Positions 26,613 to 34,143 of a DNA stretch of 64,000 bases are shown here, piece after piece (position 1 is the stretch's first letter; each line of letters begins with the position of its first letter). Made by a program: the position numbers and the translations under genes. The DNA is from a virus: positions 1-64,000 of the IMG/VR virus record IMGVR_UViG_3300029243_000160; one strand, given 5' to 3'. Below the pieces are notes generated by a model. The model was not told where the DNA came from. It ran no database searches and saw only the letters and a list, made by a program, of their open reading frames with translations.

Positions 26613-27224
26613 TTATCCGTTATTTTGTTCTGTAATCAATTCTAGTTCTGTAGTATCAGAGGCAAGGAAAAAGATGTATTTATCCTGCAAACAATACAGC
26701 TTGTAATGTACACCTTTCGCCGTCTGGTCGAAGAAGCAATTTACCTGTTGCTTGCTGACATAAAAGTTTGCAGATGATTTCTGCTCATCAGTGAAATGAT
26801 ATATCGTAGAGGGCTTTTCGTCAGATGCTTTTTTCTCTTTGCTGATTTCATCAAGCAAGAACAAATGCTTTGAAGTGCGAATGCCTGAGCCTGCCTGAAT
26901 TGCCTGTTCTAACTTCTTCGCAGTATTGCTCACATGAAGCAACATTGTAATGACAACGATGCCAATGTATATCATACACAGAAAGCAAAACGGCAAAATA
27001 TTTTTCAAGCTTTCCAGAGAAATTTTTCCGCAAAAAGCGAACATCACAAGCGAAAAAACAACTGCAAATCCAATAGCGATTCCAATTTTGATGCAGGCAA
27101 CTTTATGCGTTCCTGCTCTCTCTTTGTCCATAAATTCCTGCAATGCTTCGATGTCTTTTATGTCGGGCGTAGCTGTACAATACAGCTTCAATTCTTTTAC
27201 AGTCATCGCAAAATTCCTTTCCAA
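26613..27224 (-). CDS. membrane protein
   Basis: 203-aa ORF with two central TM helices. Confidence 0.45.
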   Translation of the reverse strand: MERNFAMTVKELKLYCTATPDIKDIEALQEFMDKERAGTHKVACIKIGIAIGFAVVFSLVMFAFCGKISLESLKNILPFCFLCMIYIGIVVITMLLHVSNTAKKLEQAIQAGSGIRTSKHLFLLDEISKEKKASDEKPSTIYHFTDEQKSSANFYVSKQQVNCFFDQTAKGVHYKLYCLQDKYIFFLASDTTELELITEQNNG

Positions 27225-27236
27225 AAACGAGCTGGA

Positions 27237-28823
27237 TTATGCTCCTTTTTTGTTCCAACCAACGACTGACACTTCACTCTTTTCCTCTTCTTTTTTCTCC
27301 TTTTCCTCTGCCTTTTTCTTTGCAGAAAGAGCTTGCAGAAAGTCAAGAATCTCTGCTTTGTTGTCTGCAAAAACCTCGTTCAAAAGTTTTACTGCACCCT
27401 CGCACTCTCTGGAAGTCTGCACAGAAATTATATCTTTTTCTCTGCCGAAAAATGTGTAGTTCTCTGGGTTCTTGTAGTAATTGACGACCTCAGAAGATAC
27501 CCGAACCATCTTCGGTGTCAGAGGGTCAGCAATGAACATTTTGTCTGCTGCCTTGCATCGGGAAAGAGCAACATAGAGCTGTCCGTCCTGAAAGATTTCC
27601 GGCTTGAAATTCATTGCGTCATAAGTCTGTCCCTGTGCTTTGTGAACTGTGATTGCAAATCCCAGCTTCATCGGAAACTGCTCTACACTTCCTACAGTCA
27701 CAAGCTCCAGTTCCTTATGCTTCTTGATGATTGCCTCTCCACGCTCATCTTTCAGTTCTTCAATGATTTCTTTCTCTCTGTATTCGTACTTGTTGAAGTC
27801 ATGCCGTTCTACACAAACCAGATGTTTTTCTGGTTTTCCTGTGGCGATTTCAATTCGCTCCACTTCAACATAAATTTCATCACCTGAGATTTTTTTGATT
27901 GTTCCCATGCTGCCGTTCTGATAATCTCCAGACGGTTCATTTATCAGCATGATTACTCTTGCTCCTACCTTGCACTGGAAAGAATCTTCACACAGTCCGT
28001 CACTGGCGGTCGCTATCCCTGTATAGATGGCAGGAAAACTGTATTCCTTCTTCTTGATTTTGTCCAACCGTTCCTGATTCCGAAGTCTGGCTGTAACATT
28101 CTTTCCGCATACCCAAATTGCATCTTTCTGCTCTTTTGCTGCTGTATTTTTTGCAAAGAACGGAAGGCAATCCGTATCGCCTTCTTTGCACTGGTCAAGT
28201 GCTGTGCAGAACGCTTTGTCTCCGTCCTGCCGTTTTACTTCGGTCAGCTTTTCAAACTGAATCCGGAGTGACTGCCAATACTTTGACTGGAACGCAAATC
28301 CGTTTCCGATATTCTTGCCGTAGTACAAGTCCAGCATCTTTTTATCCAGCGGAGGAATTACCGGAGCAAGCTGATAAAAGTCCCCTACCAGAATAATCTG
28401 AATGTCCGGTCGCTTCTGTGCCTTGCGTTCCCGATTGATAAGGTCAATGTATTTCATCACTTTATCGAACACGTCAATCCGCACCATACTGATTTCGTCA
28501 ATGAGCAGAACACTTGCCAGATTCAGAATCTGCATCACTTCTGTCGGAACATTTCTCACGTCAGCAAGCATACTTTTAACATCAGTTTTCAGCTTGAACA
28601 GTCGGTGTAAAGTCACGCCCTGAATGTTGCAGGCGGCAATGCCAGTCGGTGCAGCTTTCAGAATTTTCACATCATTCTGCTTACAATACTGGTCGAATGC
28701 CTTTACCAAAAACGACTTACCTGTTCCGGCGTTTCCGGTCAGAAAAATATTCTCACCGTTTACCATTCGGGAGAAGATTCGCTTCTGCTCTGCCCCAAGC
28801 TTGCTGATATAATCTTCACTCAT
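27237..28823 (-). CDS. PIF1/RecD-like superfamily-1 DNA helicase
   Basis: Walker A (LTGNAGTGKSF), LLIDEISMV, VGDFYQLAPV, ITVHKAQGQTYD and LYVALSRCK. Start at MSEDYI. The C-terminus ends GWNKKGA. Confidence 0.8.
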   Translation of the reverse strand: MSEDYISKLGAEQKRIFSRMVNGENIFLTGNAGTGKSFLVKAFDQYCKQNDVKILKAAPTGIAACNIQGVTLHRLFKLKTDVKSMLADVRNVPTEVMQILNLASVLLIDEISMVRIDVFDKVMKYIDLINRERKAQKRPDIQIILVGDFYQLAPVIPPLDKKMLDLYYGKNIGNGFAFQSKYWQSLRIQFEKLTEVKRQDGDKAFCTALDQCKEGDTDCLPFFAKNTAAKEQKDAIWVCGKNVTARLRNQERLDKIKKKEYSFPAIYTGIATASDGLCEDSFQCKVGARVIMLINEPSGDYQNGSMGTIKKISGDEIYVEVERIEIATGKPEKHLVCVERHDFNKYEYREKEIIEELKDERGEAIIKKHKELELVTVGSVEQFPMKLGFAITVHKAQGQTYDAMNFKPEIFQDGQLYVALSRCKAADKMFIADPLTPKMVRVSSEVVNYYKNPENYTFFGREKDIISVQTSRECEGAVKLLNEVFADNKAEILDFLQALSAKKKAEEKEKKEEEKSEVSVVGWNKKGA

Positions 28824-28918
28824 AAATGAATCACTCTTTCTTTCAAAATAAAAAAGCCCCACAGGGCTTCTCTGAGCCTCTGTAAGGCTTTCTCGGAATC
28901 ACTCGTCTGTTGTATCGG

Positions 28919-29308
28919 CTATTCCTTTTCGGCTCGTTCTGAGCCGTCCTGAGCGTCTGTAGACGCTTTCAAATCCTTTGTGCTGATAATTACTGATGGC
29001 AGAGCATCAAACGCTTTCATAATCTCAATTGGCTGTCTCTCTTCTGGGATAATCTCACAGATGCGGTACACGCTTTCCATGAATTTATCTCTGTAGAGTG
29101 TCTTGTTGATGTAAACACTGCTGTCATTCAGATAAGCATTCACAATCTCTTCGATGACATTAGTTGTGATGTCGGTGGGATTCCGCTTTCCTGTGATGTA
29201 GCAGGCAAGCGTGTTTTGTGGAATTTTGGTCAATGCAGAAAGTTCACGATAACTAAGTCCGGATTTCTTCCAAGCATCACGAACTCTCTCGGAATTTATC
29301 TTCTGCAA
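28919..29308 (-). CDS. XRE-type HTH DNA-binding protein
   Basis: The N-terminus (AWKKSGLSYRELSALTKIPQNTLACYITGKRNP) is a classic HTH_3 pattern. Confidence 0.6.
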   Translation of the reverse strand: MQKINSERVRDAWKKSGLSYRELSALTKIPQNTLACYITGKRNPTDITTNVIEEIVNAYLNDSSVYINKTLYRDKFMESVYRICEIIPEERQPIEIMKAFDALPSVIISTKDLKASTDAQDGSERAEKE

Positions 29309-29551
29309 TTACTTCCCCTTTCCGGCAAGCTCTGCATCGCTGATAGCATGGTCTGCCTCATAAATAATGTTGTACAGCAGATTCATCGGACTGATGCCGT
29401 AAATGTTTGTTGTGATGGACACGATTTTTGCGTGTGCATCTTTCAGCGAATCAACCGTATGATTCACAGTGGATTCAATCCTGCCAATATCATTTGTAGA
29501 ATTGAATACCACAACTTTCAAGTATCTTGAACGATAGTTTTTGTTTTCCAT
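29309..29551 (-). CDS. hypothetical protein
   Basis: 80-aa ORF abutting the HTH gene. Weak resemblance to Cse60-type small proteins; not relied on. Confidence 0.4.
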   Translation of the reverse strand: MENKNYRSRYLKVVVFNSTNDIGRIESTVNHTVDSLKDAHAKIVSITTNIYGISPMNLLYNIIYEADHAISDAELAGKGK

Positions 29552-29589
29552 TTTATATCTCCTTTTTTATTTTTCACATACGTTCAGGG

Positions 29590-29856
29590 AATGTACTTAC
29601 ATCTTGCAGATGCCTGCACGGATTTTGTGTGCAGAGTTTCCTGTTGCCATGAGCAACATACCTCACCCTTACATCTTGCACTTACGCACGAGCTGCAACA
29701 GCAAAGATGTACATATTTACAAGATGCCTGCACGGATTTTATGTGCAGGATTTCAAACTGCATCTTGCAGTTTACCTTACCGAGAGTGTCTGCTACTCTC
29801 CGAAAAGAGAATTACGCATACTGGTTTCGATTCAAGGACGCTAAGTCGCCCTGATT
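29590..29856 (-). ncRNA. orphan second copy of the Cas12f-like scaffold RNA, with one degenerate repeat (29661-29699) and a partial third hairpin copy (29614-29634)
   Basis: 29700-29856 aligns along its length with 31294-31450, with compensatory changes in two hairpins. The strand is inferred from the nuclease-linked copy. Confidence 0.5.
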
Positions 29857-30061
29857 GCAAAGTATCAATAAAAGCATCAATACATTAGTCATCTGAACAG
29901 GAGTTGCACCTGTTAAATTGCTACCAATCAGACGATAAGTAATCCGGAATCACAGCACCGTGGAACTGCTGTCCGAATTACAATAACCCAACACAAAAAC
30001 GCAAAATCACGGAAATACTCACATTCTGCCACGGTGATTCAATCGTGTATGAAAAGATTGA

Positions 30062-30123
30062 AGCCAACAACAGGAATCGAACCTGTATCTCTCTGTAATG
30101 CTCTGCCATTGAGCTATGTCGGC
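30062..30123 (-). ncRNA. tRNA-like element lacking an anticodon arm
   Basis: GCCGACA acceptor, TAGCTCAATGGCAGAGC D-arm and ACAGGTTCGATTCCTGT T-arm, but only 13 nt where the anticodon arm and variable loop should be. No CCA. Confidence 0.5.
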
Positions 30124-30186
30124 ATCTCAGAACGTCCAAGTATCTGCCTGAACGTCCTGTGTGATTGCTTGTGTTATTCTCTGTGC

Positions 30187-30990
30187 TTATGCACCACGTC
30201 TGCCCCAACCAGAGCCGGACTGTCCGTTGCTGTTGCCATTGCTCCAGCCGGAAGCATTCTGTCTCTGCTGTGCAGGCTGTGCTGCCTGAGCAGGTCGTGA
30301 ACCCCATGTGCCACCAGTGGCAGCAGGTCTCTGCTGTGCGGACTGTGCCGGAGCTGCCGTCTGTGCAGGCTGCTGTCTCGGCTGACTGCCAGCGGTTCTG
30401 TAATTGGTCGGCTCACTTGCCTGCTGGTCAGGGTCGTCACCTGTAGAGATTTTGTACATCTTCATCAGAGCATACTTATCGCCGTATGTCATTGCCTTGC
30501 CAGAACCCTTGTCCTGTGCATCAATTCCCTCAGAGAACACTGTTGTTTCAATGAAGTCTGTCGGCTCGTCTACATTGACAAAACGATACACAGTCTTCAC
30601 TCTCGTCATGAAAGTGGACTTCTTTGTCACCTTGCCCTGATATTCATTCTCAGATTCCAGAATGTGACTTTCCAGAATCTCACGGCTTACCGGATAGCTG
30701 TACACACCGTACTCAACTTCCAACGGTTTTACCGCATCAATAATGTCACGCTCAGAAACTGCTCTGTAACTGTTTCTGCCACCAGTGCTGACAGTCAGAT
30801 TCTTTGCCACGACTGCAAGAGCATTCTCTACAGCCAGAAGTCTCTGAAAAATATTCATCGGCTTAGTGGTCTTTGTCTGCTTTCTCGCAGGCTTCTTTTC
30901 CTCTGGAGCAGATGCGGTTTCCTTTTTCGCTTCTTCCATTGTAACTACCTTGTTTTCGTCTTCGCATTTCGCTTCAAAATTTCCGTTCAT
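30187..30990 (-). CDS. ERF-family single-strand annealing protein
   Basis: YRAVSERDIIDAVKPLEVEYG and GSGKAMTYGDKYALMKMYKISTGDDPD match the ERF core. Q/A/G/P-rich tail ends GWGRRGA. Confidence 0.7.
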   Translation of the reverse strand: MNGNFEAKCEDENKVVTMEEAKKETASAPEEKKPARKQTKTTKPMNIFQRLLAVENALAVVAKNLTVSTGGRNSYRAVSERDIIDAVKPLEVEYGVYSYPVSREILESHILESENEYQGKVTKKSTFMTRVKTVYRFVNVDEPTDFIETTVFSEGIDAQDKGSGKAMTYGDKYALMKMYKISTGDDPDQQASEPTNYRTAGSQPRQQPAQTAAPAQSAQQRPAATGGTWGSRPAQAAQPAQQRQNASGWSNGNSNGQSGSGWGRRGA

Positions 30991-31054
30991 AGTGAATACT
31001 CCTTTTTTATTTTTTTGATTTTGTGCTTTGTAGATTAACTACCTTACATTAACT

Positions 31055-31083
31055 ATTATAGCACGGTAGTGTACAAATGTCAA
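31055..31083 (-). promoter_or_regulatory. class-P consensus promoter copy 4 (drives the ERF gene)
   Basis: TTGACAtttgtacactaccgtgcTATAAT. Confidence 0.7.
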
Positions 31084-31141
31084 GCATATATATCAATTTA
31101 CTCTGTAAATTATTCGTTATTAAATAAAATAAATAAACAAT

Positions 31142-31293
31142 GCCTATACGCAGATTGCAACGCTTCACGTTTTCAATGCAGTGATACACCAAGACCTCAC
31201 ATCTTACGCCTATACGCAGATTGCAACTGTGAACGATGTGTTGTAATTACATACCCTAAACCTCACATCTTACGCCTATACGCAGATTGCAAC
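31142..31293 (-). CRISPR. mini CRISPR array: 3 repeats (33 nt, distal one truncated to 20 nt) and 2 unique 33-nt spacers
   Basis: Repeats are at 31261-31293 and 31195-31227 (identical) and 31142-31161. Spacers are at 31228-31260 and 31162-31194. The gene-strand repeat is GTTGCAATCTGCGTATAGGCGTAAGATGTGAGG. Confidence 0.7.
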
Positions 31294-31496
31294 AGCAAAG
31301 ATGTACAAAACTATAAGATGCCTGCACGGATTTTGTGTGCAGGATTTCAAACTGTTCATACACAGTTTACCTTACCGAGAGTATCTACCACTTTCCGAGG
31401 AAAGAATTACGCATACTGTCTCGATTCAAGGACAATGAGTTGCCCTGATTTAGTGCGAACGTCTCAGTTATTCTGTGGGAACTTCCGGTTCGCACT
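31294..31496 (-). ncRNA. tracrRNA/omegaRNA-like scaffold between the nuclease ORF end and the first repeat
   Basis: Hairpins: 31321-31343, 31349-31368 and 31391-31404, plus a 9-bp stem (31452-31460/31488-31496) spanning the stop codon. Anti-repeat segments are AAGATGT (31299-31305) and TAAGATG (31314-31320). Confidence 0.55.
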
Positions 31497-32781
31497 GCAT
31501 TTTTAATGTTTCTTCGATAATAACATCTATATGTTTCGTGCCAATATTCTGGCTCGCATTGTAATCAGCATTTTCTTCATAGCCACATTTCTGGCAGCAG
31601 AATCTCGCCTGTACAGGTCTGTTGTCAGTATGAATGTAACCGCATTTATTGCAACGCTGACTGGTAAACTTCGGGTTGATGTAAACTACCTTGATACCAG
31701 CTTCTTTTGCCTTGCTTTCGATTTTTGTCTGCAAGTCAAAGTACGACCATTCTTTCAGAAAATATTCTGCATTGCTTGTGATGCCTGTCAGCTTTTCCAT
31801 TTGAATCGTACCGCAACCGTTTTTGATTGCATAATCAATCAAGGCTCTGCTGTACTTGTGATTCGTGGTATCACGGAATCTGGCAATTTTATCAGCAATC
31901 TGTGCAGCTGGTTCTGTACGTTTCTTTCTGCCGTGTCCGATACGTCCGTCACCGCAATAGCGTGACTGATTCAAGAGTGAGCGTCTTCTCGCTTCTACAC
32001 GGCTTCGGAAAGCTTCAATTTCACCGCCCTTGATGCTGAATCTGGCGTAATCACCATTGACAGATGCCATGATAGGATAAACGACACCAAGGTCAACGCC
32101 CATGATTTTTTCAGTGTCAAGCGTAGAAATGACATGGTTATCAAAAGAATAGCAAAGGTTCAGTTTCCACAGCTTTTTCTTCTTGTCATACATCAGCTTG
32201 CTTGCACTGACTTTGTATTCATCGTTCATCAACCGTTCCAGAATTGTCCGGACAGACTTATCTCTTACCTGCATACGGAAACGCAGGTCATCTTTGATGC
32301 CGTATTTTTCTTTTCCAGCACGATTCAGCATTTTCAGTGCAACAAAAAAGTTGCCGTTTTCATAGGAAAGCTTAATTGCTTTGTTGTGAATATCCAAAGG
32401 CTGATTTGCCTTAAAAGAGAGTACAGACCGTTCCCCTTTCAGCATTTCCTTTTTGTAATTGCTGAATGCAGTACAGGTGTCTCTGGAAGATGTGGAGAGA
32501 TTGGAAGAATACAGGTCGTTTCCGTTTTTGATACGGTCGTAAACGAATCCGCTTAACGTATATCCAAGAGTATCTTTCTCCTTCGGATATTCTTCTGACT
32601 TTTTGTAGTAGTCGCTGGAGAAGTTCAGCCACTCCCAGCAGAGCTGTACGCATTTGTTCTTGATGTCTCGTGTCTGCCTCTGCAAGTTCCACAGCAATTC
32701 GCTGATTTTCTTAAAATCAATCTTATTGCCGTCCTTGTCGATTTGCTCGCTAATCAGATAGACCTTTGTTACTTTGGTCAT
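31468..32781 (-). CDS. Cas12f-like / TnpB-family RNA-guided RuvC endonuclease (about 437 aa)
   Basis: RuvC-I (MGVDLGVVYP), RuvC-II (GTIQMEKLTG), zinc finger (CNKCG...CQKCG), RuvC-III (ENADYNASQNI) and a GHGRKKR lid-like motif. ATG 32781 has SD AAAGGTGA; an alternative GTG lies at 32790. Confidence 0.85.
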   Translation of the reverse strand: MTKVTKVYLISEQIDKDGNKIDFKKISELLWNLQRQTRDIKNKCVQLCWEWLNFSSDYYKKSEEYPKEKDTLGYTLSGFVYDRIKNGNDLYSSNLSTSSRDTCTAFSNYKKEMLKGERSVLSFKANQPLDIHNKAIKLSYENGNFFVALKMLNRAGKEKYGIKDDLRFRMQVRDKSVRTILERLMNDEYKVSASKLMYDKKKKLWKLNLCYSFDNHVISTLDTEKIMGVDLGVVYPIMASVNGDYARFSIKGGEIEAFRSRVEARRRSLLNQSRYCGDGRIGHGRKKRTEPAAQIADKIARFRDTTNHKYSRALIDYAIKNGCGTIQMEKLTGITSNAEYFLKEWSYFDLQTKIESKAKEAGIKVVYINPKFTSQRCNKCGYIHTDNRPVQARFCCQKCGYEENADYNASQNIGTKHIDVIIEETLKMQCEPEVPTE

Positions 32782-32786
32782 AAATA

Positions 32787-33641
32787 TCACCTTTTATCCA
32801 GAATATCGTATATTTGATTTTTCGATTTTTTATATTTCTTTGAGATTGCTTCAAGAGCAATGATTGCAACCACCGTGTCTGCAATCAAAAGAGTTGCCAA
32901 TAAGAATACCGCTGGCAGAATAAATGGATTCTCTCTGGAGCGAACTAAGACCATGATGTCAGATACAGCAAATAAGCAGAATGCGATTGTCAGAATCAGT
33001 CCGGTGAATATACCACAGCGAATGTACTTGCCCTGTTTGCGTTTGGCACTGCGACCGATTCTCTTGTAAATGCTCTTATCTTCCATCGTGTTAGAATACC
33101 AGCTTAACAGATAGAGTTCTGGTTCAGATAGTGTGAAATCAATTTTCCGAAAGTCATAGCTTTCAATATTTCTGCCGAAGCAAAAGTTGATAAATGCAGT
33201 AATAACATTCAGATTCATCTCTGTCATGTCGAAATAGTTTATGAATGTGATGTAGTCCTCTCGGCTTGCATCACCACCTACAGCTCTGCGTGAGCTTGCC
33301 GGAACTTGCTCAATCAGTGCAGTCAGCACTTTCAAAATAGAAATTGTGCAGTATTCATCAAGCACCTGCTGCCAGTCGAACAAGTCGCATAAGTCGCACA
33401 AAAGCTTTACTCTGACTTTCTGTTCAACAGGCGGTTTCTGCATTATTCTATGAATTTCAGCCAGTACAAAGCGAATTTCTTCCGCAAATTCACCTGCCGT
33501 CCGAATATCTTTGGTATACACATGATTGCTGTAATGCAGATAGCCACAATTGCCACACCAATATCCTTTGATATATTTGTCTGGTGCATCAACTGTTGTT
33601 CCGCACTTATCGCAAATCAGTCTGCCGTCTGCAAGATTCAA
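32787..33641 (-). CDS. zinc-ribbon protein with two C-terminal TM helices, coupled to the nuclease gene
   Basis: The N-terminus has CDKCG...CGNCG. The C-terminus has TM helices GIFTGLILTIAFCLFAV and LPAVFLLATLLIADTVVAIIAL. The stop lies 5 nt before the nuclease ATG. Confidence 0.55.
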   Translation of the reverse strand: MNLADGRLICDKCGTTVDAPDKYIKGYWCGNCGYLHYSNHVYTKDIRTAGEFAEEIRFVLAEIHRIMQKPPVEQKVRVKLLCDLCDLFDWQQVLDEYCTISILKVLTALIEQVPASSRRAVGGDASREDYITFINYFDMTEMNLNVITAFINFCFGRNIESYDFRKIDFTLSEPELYLLSWYSNTMEDKSIYKRIGRSAKRKQGKYIRCGIFTGLILTIAFCLFAVSDIMVLVRSRENPFILPAVFLLATLLIADTVVAIIALEAISKKYKKSKNQIYDILDKR

Positions 33642-33829
33642 TCTGCATCACTCTTTTCAGGAGCAGGCTCTGTCGCCTCTCCTTCGTCTTCTTTTTTGGT
33701 GCAGTGAAATCTGCTGCGTTCCAGTTCCATTGCTTTTTCAAAGCCGTCTGCCTTGCCATTCTGATAGCCGTACCACACCGCACCGACCAGCATTGCGGTC
33801 ACTACAGTAAACTTGATGAATTTTTTCAT
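33638..33829 (-). CDS. small single-TM protein
   Basis: 63-aa ORF with 4-nt overlaps on both sides. Confidence 0.45.
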   Translation of the reverse strand: MKKFIKFTVVTAMLVGAVWYGYQNGKADGFEKAMELERSRFHCTKKEDEGEATEPAPEKSDAD

Positions 33830-34083
33830 TCTTCCTCAGCTCCCTCGGATTCAGTCTCCGCTTCTTCTGCATCGTCTTCGTCTGTGCCGTTTTCGTACTC
33901 ATCAATGGTTGCACGGTAGACTGCCTTTGCTGCTTCAAAATTTGTCTTCACGCTTCCAGCCCCAGTTGAAACACCGTCCTGCACCTTCTGATACGCTTCC
34001 AAACCTCTTTTACTAAGTAAAACACAGGAAAGAATTACGCCGATAAAAAAGCCAACAACTCCTGACGCTAAATATCCTAACAT
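33826..34083 (-). CDS. YtxH-like small membrane-anchored protein with acidic tail
   Basis: N-terminal TM helix, then an A/K-rich helix, then a D/E tail. Confidence 0.45.
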   Translation of the reverse strand: MLGYLASGVVGFFIGVILSCVLLSKRGLEAYQKVQDGVSTGAGSVKTNFEAAKAVYRATIDEYENGTDEDDAEEAETESEGAEEE

Positions 34084-34143
34084 GATTTATTCTCCTTTAC
34101 TCTGCTGTTTATTCGTTATTGTTAATCAAAAAAATATGATGAT

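Noticed and set aside
29590-29700. A second bona fide CRISPR array.
   Set aside because: Only one degenerate 39-nt repeat is present, with no second repeat and no spacer unit. It is treated as an orphan scaffold/repeat remnant instead.
30062-30123. Canonical tRNA genes here and at 36641-36707 and 36845-36904.
   Set aside because: Each lacks an essential arm: the anticodon arm at 30062, and the D-arm plus a normal 7-nt anticodon loop at 36.6-36.9 kb. They are reported as tRNA-like ncRNAs, not as decodable tRNAs.
30174-30446. Overlapping 88- to 109-aa ORFs in both strands over the ERF 3' region.
   Set aside because: They fall in the GC-richer, low-complexity Q/A/G/P-coding tail of the ERF gene, which opens alternative frames. 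No independent signals support them.
31142-32790. An ordinary IS200/IS605 insertion sequence carrying tnpB.
   Set aside because: There is no Y1 TnpA gene and no recognisable LE/RE hairpin pair. The 3' scaffold is followed by repeat-spacer units rather than a single flank-derived guide. A TnpB-derived origin remains possible.
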